From the NCBI GenBank assembly GCA_030390025.1, contig CM059431.1, forward strand, positions 158,412,001 to 158,476,000: a DNA stretch of 64,000 bases, written 5' to 3'. The stretch is from Squalus acanthias. Lineage: Eukaryota. The notes under the pieces were generated by a model. The model made no database searches and had not been told where the DNA came from. It saw only the letters and a list, made by a program, of their open reading frames with translations. This document shows, one piece after another, positions 12,036 to 23,739 of this stretch. Positions within the stretch are counted from its first letter, which is position 1. Each line of letters begins with the position of its first letter. The position numbers and the translations under genes were made by a program.

Positions 12036-12599
12036 CTGAAAAAAATGATTTCTGTACTTTTAAAAGTACTTAAATTACTTTAAATCTCTTTGCAAATGTT
12101 TAACATTACTCAAATTATACTAAAAATCTTTAAAAGTTTACAAAACCATGCATTTAAAACCTACTTACTGCAAATTCCACCTGAAACAGTGAGAAAACTG
12201 TGTCTCCAGCAGCTTTACAATGGCTTCAATGGAGAAAAAAATCGGGGGCGTGGCCTATGGAAACGAGACCTTAATGGGCGTGTCTTCACTCCACATCGCA
12301 CGCGATGCAACGCGCACGCTGCGCTGCAGGGCAGTGTGACGTCATACGCTGCCCTGCACTCAATCAGCCAGAAGATGAATTTTCAACGTGGAAAAGAGGA
12401 ACCGGCAGACGCGGTATGTATTACCGCGCCTGCTCCTTACACCCGCGGGAACGGAGCCAGATGAATTTCTGGCCCAATGTCTCTTAACCTCTTCCGCCTT
12501 ATATCCTGTCACAGAACTTCCCTTTTGTTCTTTCATCCCCTCCCCACTTTCCCAACCTCTACACTTGCTTAAAATCTGTTTCATGTCCTGCTTTTTTCC

Positions 12600-12636
12600 A
12601 ATTCTGACGAAAGGTCATCGACCTGAAACGTTAATT
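12600..12636 (+). ncRNA. Minimal type I hammerhead ribozyme motif in Penelope terminal repeat
   Basis: AATT-CTGACGA-A-AGGTC-ATC-GACCT-GAAAC-GTT-AATT: core boxes, stem II AGGTC/GACCT, stem I AATT/AATT, palindromic ACGT stem III. Confidence 0.75.
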
Positions 12637-12744
12637 CTGGTTCTCTCTTCACAGATGCTGCCAGACCTGCTGAGGTTCTCCAGCACTGTCTGTTTTTATT
12701 TCAGATTTCCAGCATCTGCAGTACTTCATTTTTGTCTTACAATA

Positions 12745-15118
12745 GTCCTGTGCAGTGCCGTGGGACGTTTTAGAACGTTAAAGGCGCTATACGTATAAAA
12801 GTTGTTGTTATAAGAAAATACATTGACACCGTGACACATAAGGTGAAATTAGCGCAGTTGACTAAAAGGTTGCTCCAACAGGTAGGTTTTAAGGAGCGAT
12901 ATGAAGGAGTGAAATAGAGGTAGAGAGGCGGAGAGGTTTAATGAGAGATTTCCACAGCTTAGCGCCTTGGCAACTGAAGGCACGGCCTTCCTCAGCCGAA
13001 GGAAGGCAACACTGGCACACTGAAGGCGGTGTTGGACTTCGTCATCGACGCACTTGTTGAAAATAGGTTCCCGAGGTATGGAAAGTTGTCCACATTGTCC
13101 AAGGTCTGCGAGCACTGGGGTGATGGGTGAATGGGACTTGGTGCGAGATAGGACACTGGCACCCGAGTTTAGAGTGGCCTCTAATTTACGTAGGGTATAA
13201 TGTGGGTGGCTAGCCAGGAGTGTTTTGGAACAGTCACGTCTAGAGGTAACAAAGGCATGGATGCGGGTTTCAGGAGCAGATGTTCTGATGCACATTTGGA
13301 GACAAGAGATGGTGGAGGTGGAAATAGGCGGTCTTAGTTAGGCCGCGGAAACTTTGTCGGTGGCTCCTTTCAGGCTCAAATCTGAATCCAAGATTGAAAA
13401 AAGTGTGGTTCAACCTCAGACAGATGTTAGAGAGAGGGATGGAGTCAGTAACGGGGAATGAAAAAAATGGTTTCCCAATATTTATCTGGAGAAAATTTCT
13501 GCTCATCCAGAACTGGATGTCGGACAAGCAGTCTGATAATTCAGAGACAGTGAAGGGGTCGAGAGAAGTGATAGTGAGCTAGAGCTGCGTGTCGTCAGCG
13601 TAAACTTGGAAACTGAAGCTTTGTTTTCCGATGTTGTTGTCAAGGGGCAGCATGTAGATGAAAAATAGGAAGGGTTCAAAGATAGATTCTTTGGGGAAAC
13701 CAGTGGTAGTGATGCGCGAGTGAGAAGAGAAGCCATTGCAGGTGATTCTCTGTCTATGATAAATATGAATGGAACCAGACGAGTGCAGTCCCAAACAGCT
13801 GAACGACGGTGGAAAGGCGTTGGAGGAGTGTGGAGTGATCAAGCGTGTCAAAGGGTGCTGAGAAGTCGAGAAGGCCGAGGAGGCATAATTTGTCTTTTTC
13901 GCAGTCACAAAGGATGTCATTTGTGACTTTGATGAGAGCCGTTTCATTACTGTGACAGGGGCGGAAACCCAATTGGAGGCACTCAAATATGGAGTTCCAG
14001 GAAGGATGAGAATGGCTTTGGAAGGCAACAACATTATCAAGGAATTTGGAGCGGAATGGGAAGTTAGAGTTGGGGCGGAAATTTGCAAGGACGGAGCAGT
14101 CGAGAGTTATTTATTTGAGGAGAGTGGTGATGACGGCAGATTTGAAGGAGAGAGGGAGAGTCACTGAGGAGAGAGAGCCATTAATAATGTCAGCTAACAT
14201 GGGAGCCAAAAAAGGAAATTGGTGGTCAGCAGTTAGCTGGGAATAGGATCGAGCGAGCAGGAACTGGTTCTCATAGACAGATGATTAACGGAGAGGTCAG
14301 GGGAGGAGACCAGAGAGAAGCTGGAGAAAGATGCGAGTTCAGGGCTGGGGCAGAGGGAACGTTATTGAATATTTTCCCGGTGGGATAGGGGAAGGATGAG
14401 AAGTGGCAGAGGCAGCTGATCGGATGGTCTGAATCTTAGAGACAAATACATTTATGAGCCTCTCGCAATTGTTGTTGGAGTTGAAGGTGGAGGAGACAGG
14501 GGAGAGAGGTTTAAGAAGATGTTTAGCAGTGGAGAATAGAAGCCGGGGCTTGTCTTTGCATTCCAGAATTCTTTTGGAATAGTGAGCATTTTTTTTAGAC
14601 GAGAGCAGGACCCGATAATGCTTTAAGTGGTCCAGCCAGAACTGGCGGCAAATGGCTAAACCCATTGTCCGCCACATCAGTTCAATTCTGCGTCTCCTGG
14701 AGTTAAGGGAACGATATGAGGGCTGTACCAATTGGAAAAGCGAGGGTGAGAAAATGTGACTGATTTAATAGGGAGTAGGGCATCGAAGCTGGTGGTGAGG
14801 GTGTGGTTCAGCTGATCGGGAGCTGTAGAAATGTTGTGGTGAATGGAGGGCCAAAAGCTAGATAGCTGGGATGTCGTAAATGCAGTTTTTAAGAGTGTTG
14901 GGAGAGAGATTTTTCGACACAGAATGAAGTAAGTTTGAGGGGGAAGGGGGATGTGGAAGGATTGTGATAGGGATTAGGGAAAGCAGCGTATCCGAAAGCG
15001 CAGAGATGAACGGAGGTATGACGACTGGAGAGAGCGATTAGGTAGGTTTAGAGAGAAAAGGAAAAAACGGGAGAAAAAAGTGGAAATAGAAGTGGACGGC
15101 TCGGGTCTGGAGCGGCAT
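12745..15118 (-). mobile_element. Decayed L2-clade LINE (unit 1), preceded by a short plus-strand L2 3' tail (12745-12810)
   Basis: Minus-strand fragments GFRPCHSNETALIKVTNDIL, LLDFSAPFDTLDH and FQVYADDTQL, with many frameshifts. Confidence 0.88.
12985..13103 (-). mobile_element. Short RTE-clade LINE fragment nested in L2
   Basis: VDNFPYLG...DDEVQHRLQCASVAFLRLRK, typical of the RTE/BovB-like RT C-terminus. Confidence 0.65.
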
Positions 15119-16411
15119 ACAAAATGCCCACTCAAGATCAGCGGGACTCACTGGATTTCACTGGGCAGCTGTCTGTGTCACACCTGAACTGGAGTGGTGA
15201 TGGTAACAGTCGGGAAATGCTGATAACCAGAGCTAACAGTTTGCTGTACTGATGGGTGAGGAGGGCCTTGATATCATGTTTAATAAGGCAACGTTCTGCT
15301 TCTCATCTTAATATTTCTGCCTATCCCTCCTATTAATGTATTTGTTAAAGAGCATCAGAACCTGGGAACGCCTGTCAACGGCATGGCCGCAGTTCGAAAC
15401 AGGGGAAAGGAGCCAACAATTTCAGGAAAATTGAGAAATAACAGAGGTAGGTTCACAAAACTCATTAAAATATAATTTCTGTACCGACAAAGGGAGCAGA
15501 TCTCGTGCAGAACCTGCAGCTCACACAGGAAGAGGGAACAGGACATGAGCTGAGTAAAAACGGGAAGTGAGTGACCCTCTGGAGGGGCACAGCAGTCACA
15601 GGTGCAGGGAGCCCTGAGTATTGGAACGGACCAATACATACCTGTTTTTTGGGGACTGTAAGCTAGATAGAGCTAGTGACTCGAAGGAGGGTTTTCCTGA
15701 GCAACAGTGTGACTCCAGAGAGCAGGAGGCCACCTCGAGTTGGGCAGAAATGAGAGGCAGGTGGGAACAAAAATAGGTTTGCGATAGTGGTGGGAGATTC
15801 TATAGTCAGGTGAATAGACAGACTCGTCTTCAGCCCTGAGCAGGTGCCAATTGGAAATATGCATCCCTGGTGCCAGAGAGAAGAACAATCTGGAAGGAAA
15901 GGAGGGAAGAAATTACCCAGGGTCGGAATCAGTAACACGGATAGAAATACGTTTACAGAGGGAATATTGAGACTGAGGCACTAGATTAAAGACAAGCTCT
16001 AAAGCTGGAGATCTCTGGATTGTTTTGCACTGGGCCGCTTAATGAGGGAAATATGAGGCAGGTCAATGTGAGACTGCTTGGCTGGAGTAAGGAGGAAGGG
16101 TTCAAATTCTTGGGGCATGAAGGTTGAGTTCAGTGAAAAGGGAAGGGACGGCCGCGTGCTGAACCCACCAACAACAATGGTTTCACAGAATAGGTGAATG
16201 AAGCAGTGGCAAGGGTATCAGCTGATATGATTAGTGTGACAAATATCCGCATCTGAGACGACAGAGTGGAATTAATGAAGCTGTTGGAGCTGAAACATAA
16301 TATTTATGAAATAGTGAAACATTTTGAGCAGGAAAAAGGAAGGTTCTTTTCGAATAGTGAGAGATGAAGTCACCTGGTGTTAAAAACAATGAAATAAAAA
16401 AGTGTCAATAT
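15119..16411. repeat. Segmental-duplication core block, copy 1 (continues at 21306-21437 beyond the CR1 insertion)
   Basis: Colinear with 33330-34880, 41736-43190 and 57185-58735 (shared marker ctcacacaggaaga...). Includes a decayed SGNH esterase remnant (IVVGDSIVR) at ~15780. Confidence 0.92.
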
Positions 16412-16412
16412 T

Positions 16413-16667
16413 CGGCGGCAGTAAAAGCAGCGGGAGCGGCTGGAGAGCGCGAGACTACGGCTGCAGTAAAAGCAGCAGGAGCGGCTGGAGAGCGCGAGAC
16501 TTCGGGGGCAGTAAAAGCCGCAGGAGCGGCTGGAGTGCGCGAGACTTCGGGGGCAGTAAAAGCAGCGGGAGCGGCTGGAGAGCGCGAGACTTCGGGGGCA
16601 GTAAAAGCAGCGGGAGCGGCTGGAGTGCGCGAGACTTCAGCGGCAGTAAAAGCAGCGGGAGCGGCTG
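16413..16667 (+). repeat. 45-bp CpG-rich tandem monomers (~5.5 copies) at the CR1 5' end
   Basis: Unit GCAGTAAAAGCAGCGGGAGCGGCTGGAGAGCGCGAGACTTCGGGG. Confidence 0.95.
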
Positions 16668-19600
16668 AGATACAAAGGACCGGTGAGTGTAAAGAAGTAA
16701 AAATTCATCGAAGTATCACGTCAACAGTAAGCAGGTAAATGATTGGTTGATGAGTATTTCAATATTTCTCGCTTTTATCCAAACTTGGGCGTCTAAATTT
16801 AAGTGCCTTGGTGAAGATTGAAAGAAATACCTGTTCCAAAGTGACGTCGGCGCAGGGGAAGGAGCTGATTAGTTAATAGTGGTTTAGCGTTTTTTTTTCT
16901 TCAATTTTAAGTCTATTTTTTTAAGGTACTTCATAGTTAAGGTAGTTCGGGAGAGCGAGAATCCGAGAGTTTAAATTTGAGGCAAGAGTTTTTTAATTAA
17001 GGTTGTGGCAGCTGATCTCAGTCCCGTGCGTTGCACTTCCTGCAGCATGTGCGAGTTCCTAGACGCTTCTTGCAGTCAGGATGACCACATGTTCAGTAAG
17101 TGCCACTGGTTTGGCCAACTGGAGATCCGGTTTTCGGAGCTCCAGCATCAGCTGGAGGCACTTCGGTGTATCCGCAAGCTCAGACTTACATGGATAGCAC
17201 GTTTTTGGACGTGGTTACGCCGCAGAATTAGAAAGTGCAGTCAGAGAGGGAATGGGAGACCACCAGTCAGAAGAAGGGGGGCAGGCCGGTAGTCAGGAAA
17301 GCCCCAGAGTGCATCTCACTCAGCAACTGTTATTCCGTGTAGGAAACGCGTGAAAGTGACGGTTCCTCTGGGGAGAGCAGCCAGATCCAAGTTCACGGCA
17401 CTGTGGGTGGCTCAGCTCCACAAGGGGGGAGGAGTAAAAGTGGAAGTGCATTAGTGGTAGGAGACGCAATAGTGAGGGGTGCAGACAGTCGTTTCTGCGG
17501 CCGCAGACGTGACTCCAGCATGGTAAGTTGCCTCCCTGGTGCCATGGTCAAGGATGTAACTGAACGGCTGCAGGGCATTCTGAATGGGGCCGTGCGTGAA
17601 TTCCGAGGTCGTGGTTTATATTGGTACCAACGACATAGTTAGAAAGATAGATGAGGTCCTGCAACAAGAATTTAGGGAGCTAGGTAGCAGATTAAAAAGC
17701 AGGACAAAAAAGGTAGTAATCTCTGGATTACTCCCGGTGCCACGTGCTAGTGAGTATAGGAATAGGAGGATAGAGCAGATGAATACGAGGCTAAAGAGTT
17801 CGTGCAGGAGGGAGGGCTTTAGTTTCCTGGATGTTTGTGTCTGTTTCTGGCGAAGGTGGGCCCTGTACAAGTCGGACTGGTTGCACCAGGATCAACATCC
17901 TTGCGTGGAGGTTTGCTAGAGCTGTTAGGGGTAATATAAACTAACTATGCAGGGGAATGGTATACGGAGTGGAGCTATAGTAGGGGCTGATGCGCAGCCA
18001 AATATAGAGGAAAAAACAAATCAGTTTGGAAGTCAGAGCAAATATGTAACGGCTCAAGGGAGGATGGCAATTCTGGCGGGCATTCATTTCAATGCAAGTA
18101 GTCTTGCGAGTAAGGCAATTACATAAAGTTGTTGATGAACACATGGGAGTATGATATTGTTGCTATCACGGAGTCAAGGTTGAGGGAGTGCCATGACTGG
18201 CAGCTCATTATTACGGTGTATAGAATCTTCAGGCGAGACAGATGTGGGTGTAAAAGAGGAGGGGGTGTCGCAATATTGATGAAGGAGTCAATTACTGCAG
18301 TAAGGGGGGATGATATCATAGCAGGTTCCTCTAATGAGGCCATATGGGTAGAACTTAAAAACAAAAAGGGGGCAAGCGCTTTCCTAGGAGTGTACAATAG
18401 GCCCCCAAACATTCTGGGGCGATAGAGGAACAGATATATAGGCAAATCTCAGAGAAGTGTAGATATAATAGGGTAATAATAGTAGGGGTTTTCAACTTCC
18501 CCAATATTAACTGGGATAGTCAGAGTGTGAAAGGCTTAGAGGGTGCAGAATTCTTAAAGTGCATCCAGGAGAGTTTTTTGAGCCGGCTTGTAGAAAGTCC
18601 TACAAGAGAGGGTGCGGTATACTAGAACTAATTCTAGGGAATGTAGCGGGGTAAGTGGTAGAAGTGTCAGTCGGAGAGCATTTTGGTGACAGTGACCGTA
18701 ATTCGGTGAGATTTAATGTAGTCATGGAAATGGACAAAGATAGACCGGAGATAAAGGTTCTAAATTGGGGGAAGCCCGATTTTAATATGATAAGGGAGGA
18801 TCTGGCCAAAGTGGACTGGGATCAGCAACTTGTAGGAAAATCCATATCAGTGCAGTGGGAGATATTCAGAAAAGAAATAGAGAGAGTACAGCTCCAACAT
18901 GTTCCCGTAATGGTCAAGGGTGGGACCAACAAGGCCAGGGAACCCTGGAAGTCAAGGGATATACAAGAATGGATTTAGGAAAAAAGGACCAAAAACTGTG
19001 GAAGCCCTAGAGGAGTATAGAATGTGCAGAAGGTACTTAAGAATGAAATTAGGAGTGCGAAGAGGGGTCAAAAATAAACACTGGTGTCCAAACTAAAGGA
19101 ATATCCCAAGGTGTTTTCTAAGTATATTAAGGGCAAGAGGATAACCAGGGAAAGAGTAGGGCCTATTAGAAACAAAAGTGGCAATCTGTGTGCAGGGCCG
19201 GTAAATGTAGGTGTGTTTTTAAATGAATATTTAGCACCTGTGTTCATTATAGAGAAGGACGAAGTAGGCATATAAATCAGGCAGGGGTGATGTGATATAC
19301 TTGAACAAATTATCATTGAGAGGGAGGAGGCAAAAGCGGTTTTAGTCGGCTTAAATATGGATAAATCCCCAGGCCCAGACGATATGTATCCCAGGATGCT
19401 GTGTGAGGCAAGGGAGGAGATTGCAGGGGATCTGACACAAATTTTCAGAAACTCTCTGGCCACAGGGGAGGTGCCAGTGGGCTGGAGGTCAGCTAACGTA
19501 GTTCCATTATTCAGTAAGGTTAGTAGGGATAAAGCGGCGAACTGCAGACCAGTGAGCCTAACATCAGTGGTAGGGAAATTATTGCAAACAATTCTGAGTG

Positions 19601-20476
19601 AAAGAATTATTCTTCACTTCGAGAGGCAATAATTAATCAAAGATAGTCAGCATGGCTTTGTTAGGGGGTGATCATGTCTAACCAATTTGATTGAATTTTC
19701 GTGGGGTAACTAGGTGTGCAGATGAGAGTTGTGCAGTTGATGCAGTCTACATGGACTTCAGTAAGGCTATTGACAAAGCCCCGCATGGGAGACTGGTCAA
19801 GAAGTTAAGAGCCCATGGGATCTAGGGCAATTTGGCATATAGGATCCAAAATTGGCTTAATGGCAGGAGGCAGAGGGTGAGGTCGAATTTTGTTTTTGTG
19901 ACTGGAGGCCTGTGTCCAGTGGCGTACCGCAGGGTTCGGTGATGGGTCCCTTGCTATTTGTAGTGCACATTAATGATTTAGATATGTATGTTGGAGGTAT
20001 GATCAGTAAGTTCGCAGATGACACGAAAATTGCTGGAGTGGTAAATAGCGAGGAGTGAAGCCTCAGGCTACAGGACGATATACACGGGTTGGTCAGATGT
20101 GCAGAACAGTGGCAAATGGAATTTAAGCCTGAAAGGTGTGAGGGGTGATGCATTTAGGTAGGACTAAGAAGGCAAGGGTATACATAATGAATGGTAGGAT
20201 CGTAGGAAGAACAGAGGATCAGAGGGACCTTAGTGTGCCTATACATAGATCTCTGAAGGCAGGAGGACAGTTAGATAAGGTGGTTTAAAAGGCATATGGG
20301 ATACTTGCCTTCATTAGCCGAGGCATAGAATATAAAGGCAGGAAAGTTATGATGGAACTGTACAAAACGTTAGTTAGAACACAGCTGGAATACTGTGGGC
20401 AGTTCTGGTCGCCACACTGCAGGAAGGACGTGATTGCTTTGGAAAGGGTGCAGAGGAGATTCACCAGGATGTTAAT

Positions 20477-20840
20477 ATAAACATAGAATCTAGGAGCAGA
20501 CCATTCGGCCCGTCGAGCCTGCTCCACCATTCAATACGATCATGGCTGATCATCCAAATCCAGTACCCTGTCCCTGCTTTAATCCCCACAGTACACATAT
20601 CACACCTTACCCCCGTAACCCCACGTATTTAATCCCCCCTTGACACTAAGGATCAATTTATCATAGCCAAATCAACCTAACCCGCACATTTTTGGACTGT
20701 GGGAGGAAACCGGAGCACACCCACGCAGACACGGGGAGAATGTGCAAACTCCACACAGACAGTCACCCGAGGTCAGATTCGAAGCCGGGTCTCTGGCGCT
20801 GTGAGGCAGCAGTGCTAACCACTATGCCACCGTGTTGCCC
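20477..20840 (-). mobile_element. HE1-like V-SINE nested in CR1
   Basis: Reverse complement of the 10990 SINE, with TSD ATGTTAAT at 20469-20476 and 20842-20849. Confidence 0.92.
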
Positions 20841-21437
20841 AATGTTAATTGGGCCGGAGCGCTTTAGCTATGCAGAGAGCCTGGACTGGCTGGGTTTATT
20901 TTCCTTAGAGCAGCGAAGGCTGAGGTGGGACCTGATTGAGGTGTACAAAATTAAAAGGGGAATAGATAGGGTATATAGAAAGGAACGTTTCCCGTTAGAA
21001 GAGGGATCAATAACCAGATGCCACAGTTTCAATGTAAGTCGCAGGGGGTTTAGAGGGGATTTGAGGAAAACCTTTTTCACCCAGAGGGTGGTTGGAATCT
21101 GGAATTCACTGCCTGAAAGGTTGGTAGAGGCAGGAACCCTCACAACATTCAAGAAGCATTTAGATGATCACTTGAAAGGCCATAGCATACAAGGCTAGGG
21201 ACCAAGTGCTGGAAAATGGGATTTAGAATAGACAGGGCTTGATGGCGGGCGAAGGCACGATGGCCGAAGGGCATCTTTTTGTGCTGTATAACTCTATGAC
21301 TCTAATCCAAAGAATTGGATTTAGGATTGAATGTTGTGCCTGTAAATGTACAAGTCATTCCAAAGACACTTGGAATGTCAGAGGCATGAAAGATGTGATT
21401 TAGTATCTATAGGACAGGGCCTGGGATTTCACAGGAC

Positions 21438-22927
21438 TGCTGCTGATGCAAAGCAAGCTGGGACTGTAAGTAGTGAGGAGAAGAAAAAGAGTCTGCAAAG
21501 TGACATAGATAGACTGATTGACTGGGCAGTAGGGTGGCAAATGGATTATAATGTAGGGAAATGTGAGGTTTTTCACTTTGTTATGTAGAATAGAAAAACA
21601 GATTTCTTTTAAAATTGAGAGAAACTGCTAATGTAACACCCTTATTTAAAAAGGGTTGTAGGCAGAAGGCTGGAAATTATAGACCAGTTAGCCTAACATC
21701 TGTGGTGGGTAACATTTTGGAGTCTATTATTAAGGAGACAGTAACGGAACATTTAGATAAACATAATTTAACAGGACAAAGTCAGCATGGCTTTATGAAG
21801 GGGAAGTCATGTCTGACAAATTTTCTCGCGTTCTTTGAGGACATAACGTACAGAGTGGATAAAGGGGAACCAGTGGATGTAGTGTATTTAGACTTCCAGA
21901 AGGCTTTTGACAAGGTGCCACATAAAAGATTATTACTCAAGATAAAAAATCACTGGATTGGGGGTAATATTTTGGCATGGGTGGAAGATTGGTTATCTAA
22001 ACTGAAAGCAGAGAGTTGGGATAAATGGTTCATTCTCGGACTGGCAACCAGTAGCAAGTGGTGTTCCACAGGGGTCGGTGCTGGGTCCCCAACTCTTTAC
22101 AATCTATATTAACGATTTGGAGGAGGGGACCGAGTGTAACATATCAAAGTTTGCAGATGATACAAAGATGGGAGGGAAAGTAGAGAGTGAGAAGGACATA
22201 AAAAACCTACAAGGGGATATAGACAGGCTGGGTGAGTGGGCAGAGATTTGGCAGATGCAATACAATATTGGAAAATGTGAGGTTATGCACTTTCGCAGGA
22301 AAAATCAGAGAGCAAGTTATTATCTTAATGGCGAGAAACTGGAAAGTACTGCAGTACAAAGGGATCTGGGGGTCTTGGTGCAAGAACATCAAAAAGTTAG
22401 TATGCAGGTGCAGCAGGTGATCAAGAAAGCCAATGGAATGTTGGCTTTTATTGCTAGGGAGATAGAATATAAAAACAGGGCGGTATTGCTGCAGTTGTAT
22501 AGGGTATTGGTGAGTCCGCATCTGGAGTACTGCATACAGTTATGGTGTCCATACTTAAGAAAAGACATACTTCCTCTCGAGGCAGTACAATGAAGGTTCA
22601 CTCGGTTAATTCCGGGGATGAGGGGGTGGACATACGAGGAGATGTTGAGTAGATTGGGATTCTACTCATTGGAGTTCAGAAGAATGAGAGGCGAGCTTAT
22701 TGAAACATATAAGATTGTGAAGGGGCTTGATCGGGTGGACCCGGTGAGGATGTTCCCAATGATGGGAAGGCTGAGAGACATAGATTTTTGGAATCTTGGT
22801 GAATCAAGGGATAAAAAGATGGGGCGGGAAAGTGGAACTGCGGTCGATGATCAGGCATGACTTAATTGAATGTCTGAGCATGCCGATAGGGTCGGTAGGC
22901 CTACTCCTGCTCCTGTTTCGTATGCAC
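21438..22927 (+). mobile_element. Chimeric CR1 RT: a younger segment (~21620-22767) embedded in an older copy
   Basis: ORFs 21615-22112 and 22078-22593 contain YRPVSLTS, YLDFQKAFDKVPH and KFADDTK. More decayed CR1 sequence lies on both sides. Confidence 0.85.
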
Positions 22928-22929
22928 TT

Positions 22930-23737
22930 TATAGACAGGGGTAAGGTAGTAGTAGTAATATATCTATATTTATAAAATGCCTTTGATATGGTATCACATA
23001 ATAATCTAATGAATAAGGTGAGTGCATGCGGAGTCGTGGAACACGTAGCAGAATGGATAGCGAGGTGGCTGCAAGAGAGAAATCAGAGAGTAAGGGTAAA
23101 GGGTAGCTATTCAGAGTGGCAGAAGGTGGATAGTGGGGTTCCACAAGGATCAATGCTGGGACCACTGTTGTTCACAATTTATTTCACGATTTAGACTTTG
23201 GAATCAAAAAAACATTTTCTACATTTGTAGACAACATCAAATTGAGAGGGAAAGTCAATACTGAGGAGGACTTCAAGAAATTAAAAGAAGACATGAATAA
23301 ACTTGTAGAATGGGCATATATTTGGCAAATGAATTCCAACATAGATTAGTGTGATGTATTATATTTAGGTAAGAAAAGTAAGACGTCTCATATTTTTTCG
23401 AAAATAAGAATCTATATGAGGCAGAGGAGGAAAGGGATATCGGAGTAGCAATACACAAATCATTAAAAGTTACGATGCAGGTCAATAAGGCCATAATAAA
23501 AGCAACCAATCACAGGGGTTTATTTGTAGAGGGATAGAATTGGAAAGTAGAGAAGTTATGCTAAACTTTTATCGAAACTTGGTTCGGCCAAACTTGGAGT
23601 ACTGTGTACAGTTCTGGCCATATCATAGAAAAAGCATATAGAGGCACTGGAGTAGGTGCAAGACAGATTTACAAGGATGCTACCAAAACTGCGAGGTTAT
23701 ACCAATCCGGAACGGTTGAACAGGCAGGGTCTCTTAA
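22930..23737 (+). mobile_element. Decayed CR1 RT fragment
   Basis: SGVPQGSMLGPLLFTIY and downstream RT C-terminal remnants. Confidence 0.85.
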
Positions 23738-23739
23738 CG

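Larger units (their letters stand above)
8818..12475 (+). mobile_element. PIF/Harbinger (PHIS group) DNA transposon, 3658 bp
   Basis: Imperfect TIRs: GGCCCAAAAATTCATC at 8818 and the reverse complement GGGCCAGAAATTCATC ending at 12475. Flanks are ATT and AAT. It contains a transposase ORF, and Penelope sequence continues on both sides. Confidence 0.92.
7337..12737 (+). mobile_element. Penelope-like element 3' part (RT C-terminus, GIY-YIG endonuclease, terminal repeat), in three pieces: 7337-7803, 8332-8817, 12476-12737
   Basis: The ORF 7409-7807 reads DRVPLVLNFHP...PGTFPCKRRRCKTCPY...QPFQVIQRF. It resumes at ~8334 as CIRCSRCGLLYIGETKRSFGDRFAEHLRS (GIY-YIG). The 3' region continues after 12476 and contains a hammerhead core. 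Confidence 0.9.
16412..21305 (+). mobile_element. Near full-length decayed CR1 LINE (5'UTR, ORF1 zinc finger + SGNH esterase, ORF2 APE + RT, 3' tail)
   Basis: ORF1: CTSCSMCEF..SKC, LVVGDAIVRG, IGTND. ORF2: YDIVAITES, DKSPGPDDMYPRML, GVPQGSVMGP, KFADDTK. Tail ctctatgactcta. Paralogous blocks show the empty site (gtcaaca.t.ca.agaattgg). Confidence 0.93.

Noticed and set aside
15645..16200. Host lipase/esterase gene in the core block
   Set aside because: The GDSIVR remnant matches the CR1 ORF1 SGNH esterase seen at 17450 and is frameshifted in all four copies.
16364..16738. 124-aa AVKAAGAAGERETSG repeat ORF, antifreeze-like
   Set aside because: It crosses the CR1 insertion junction and is simply the translated 45-bp monomer array.
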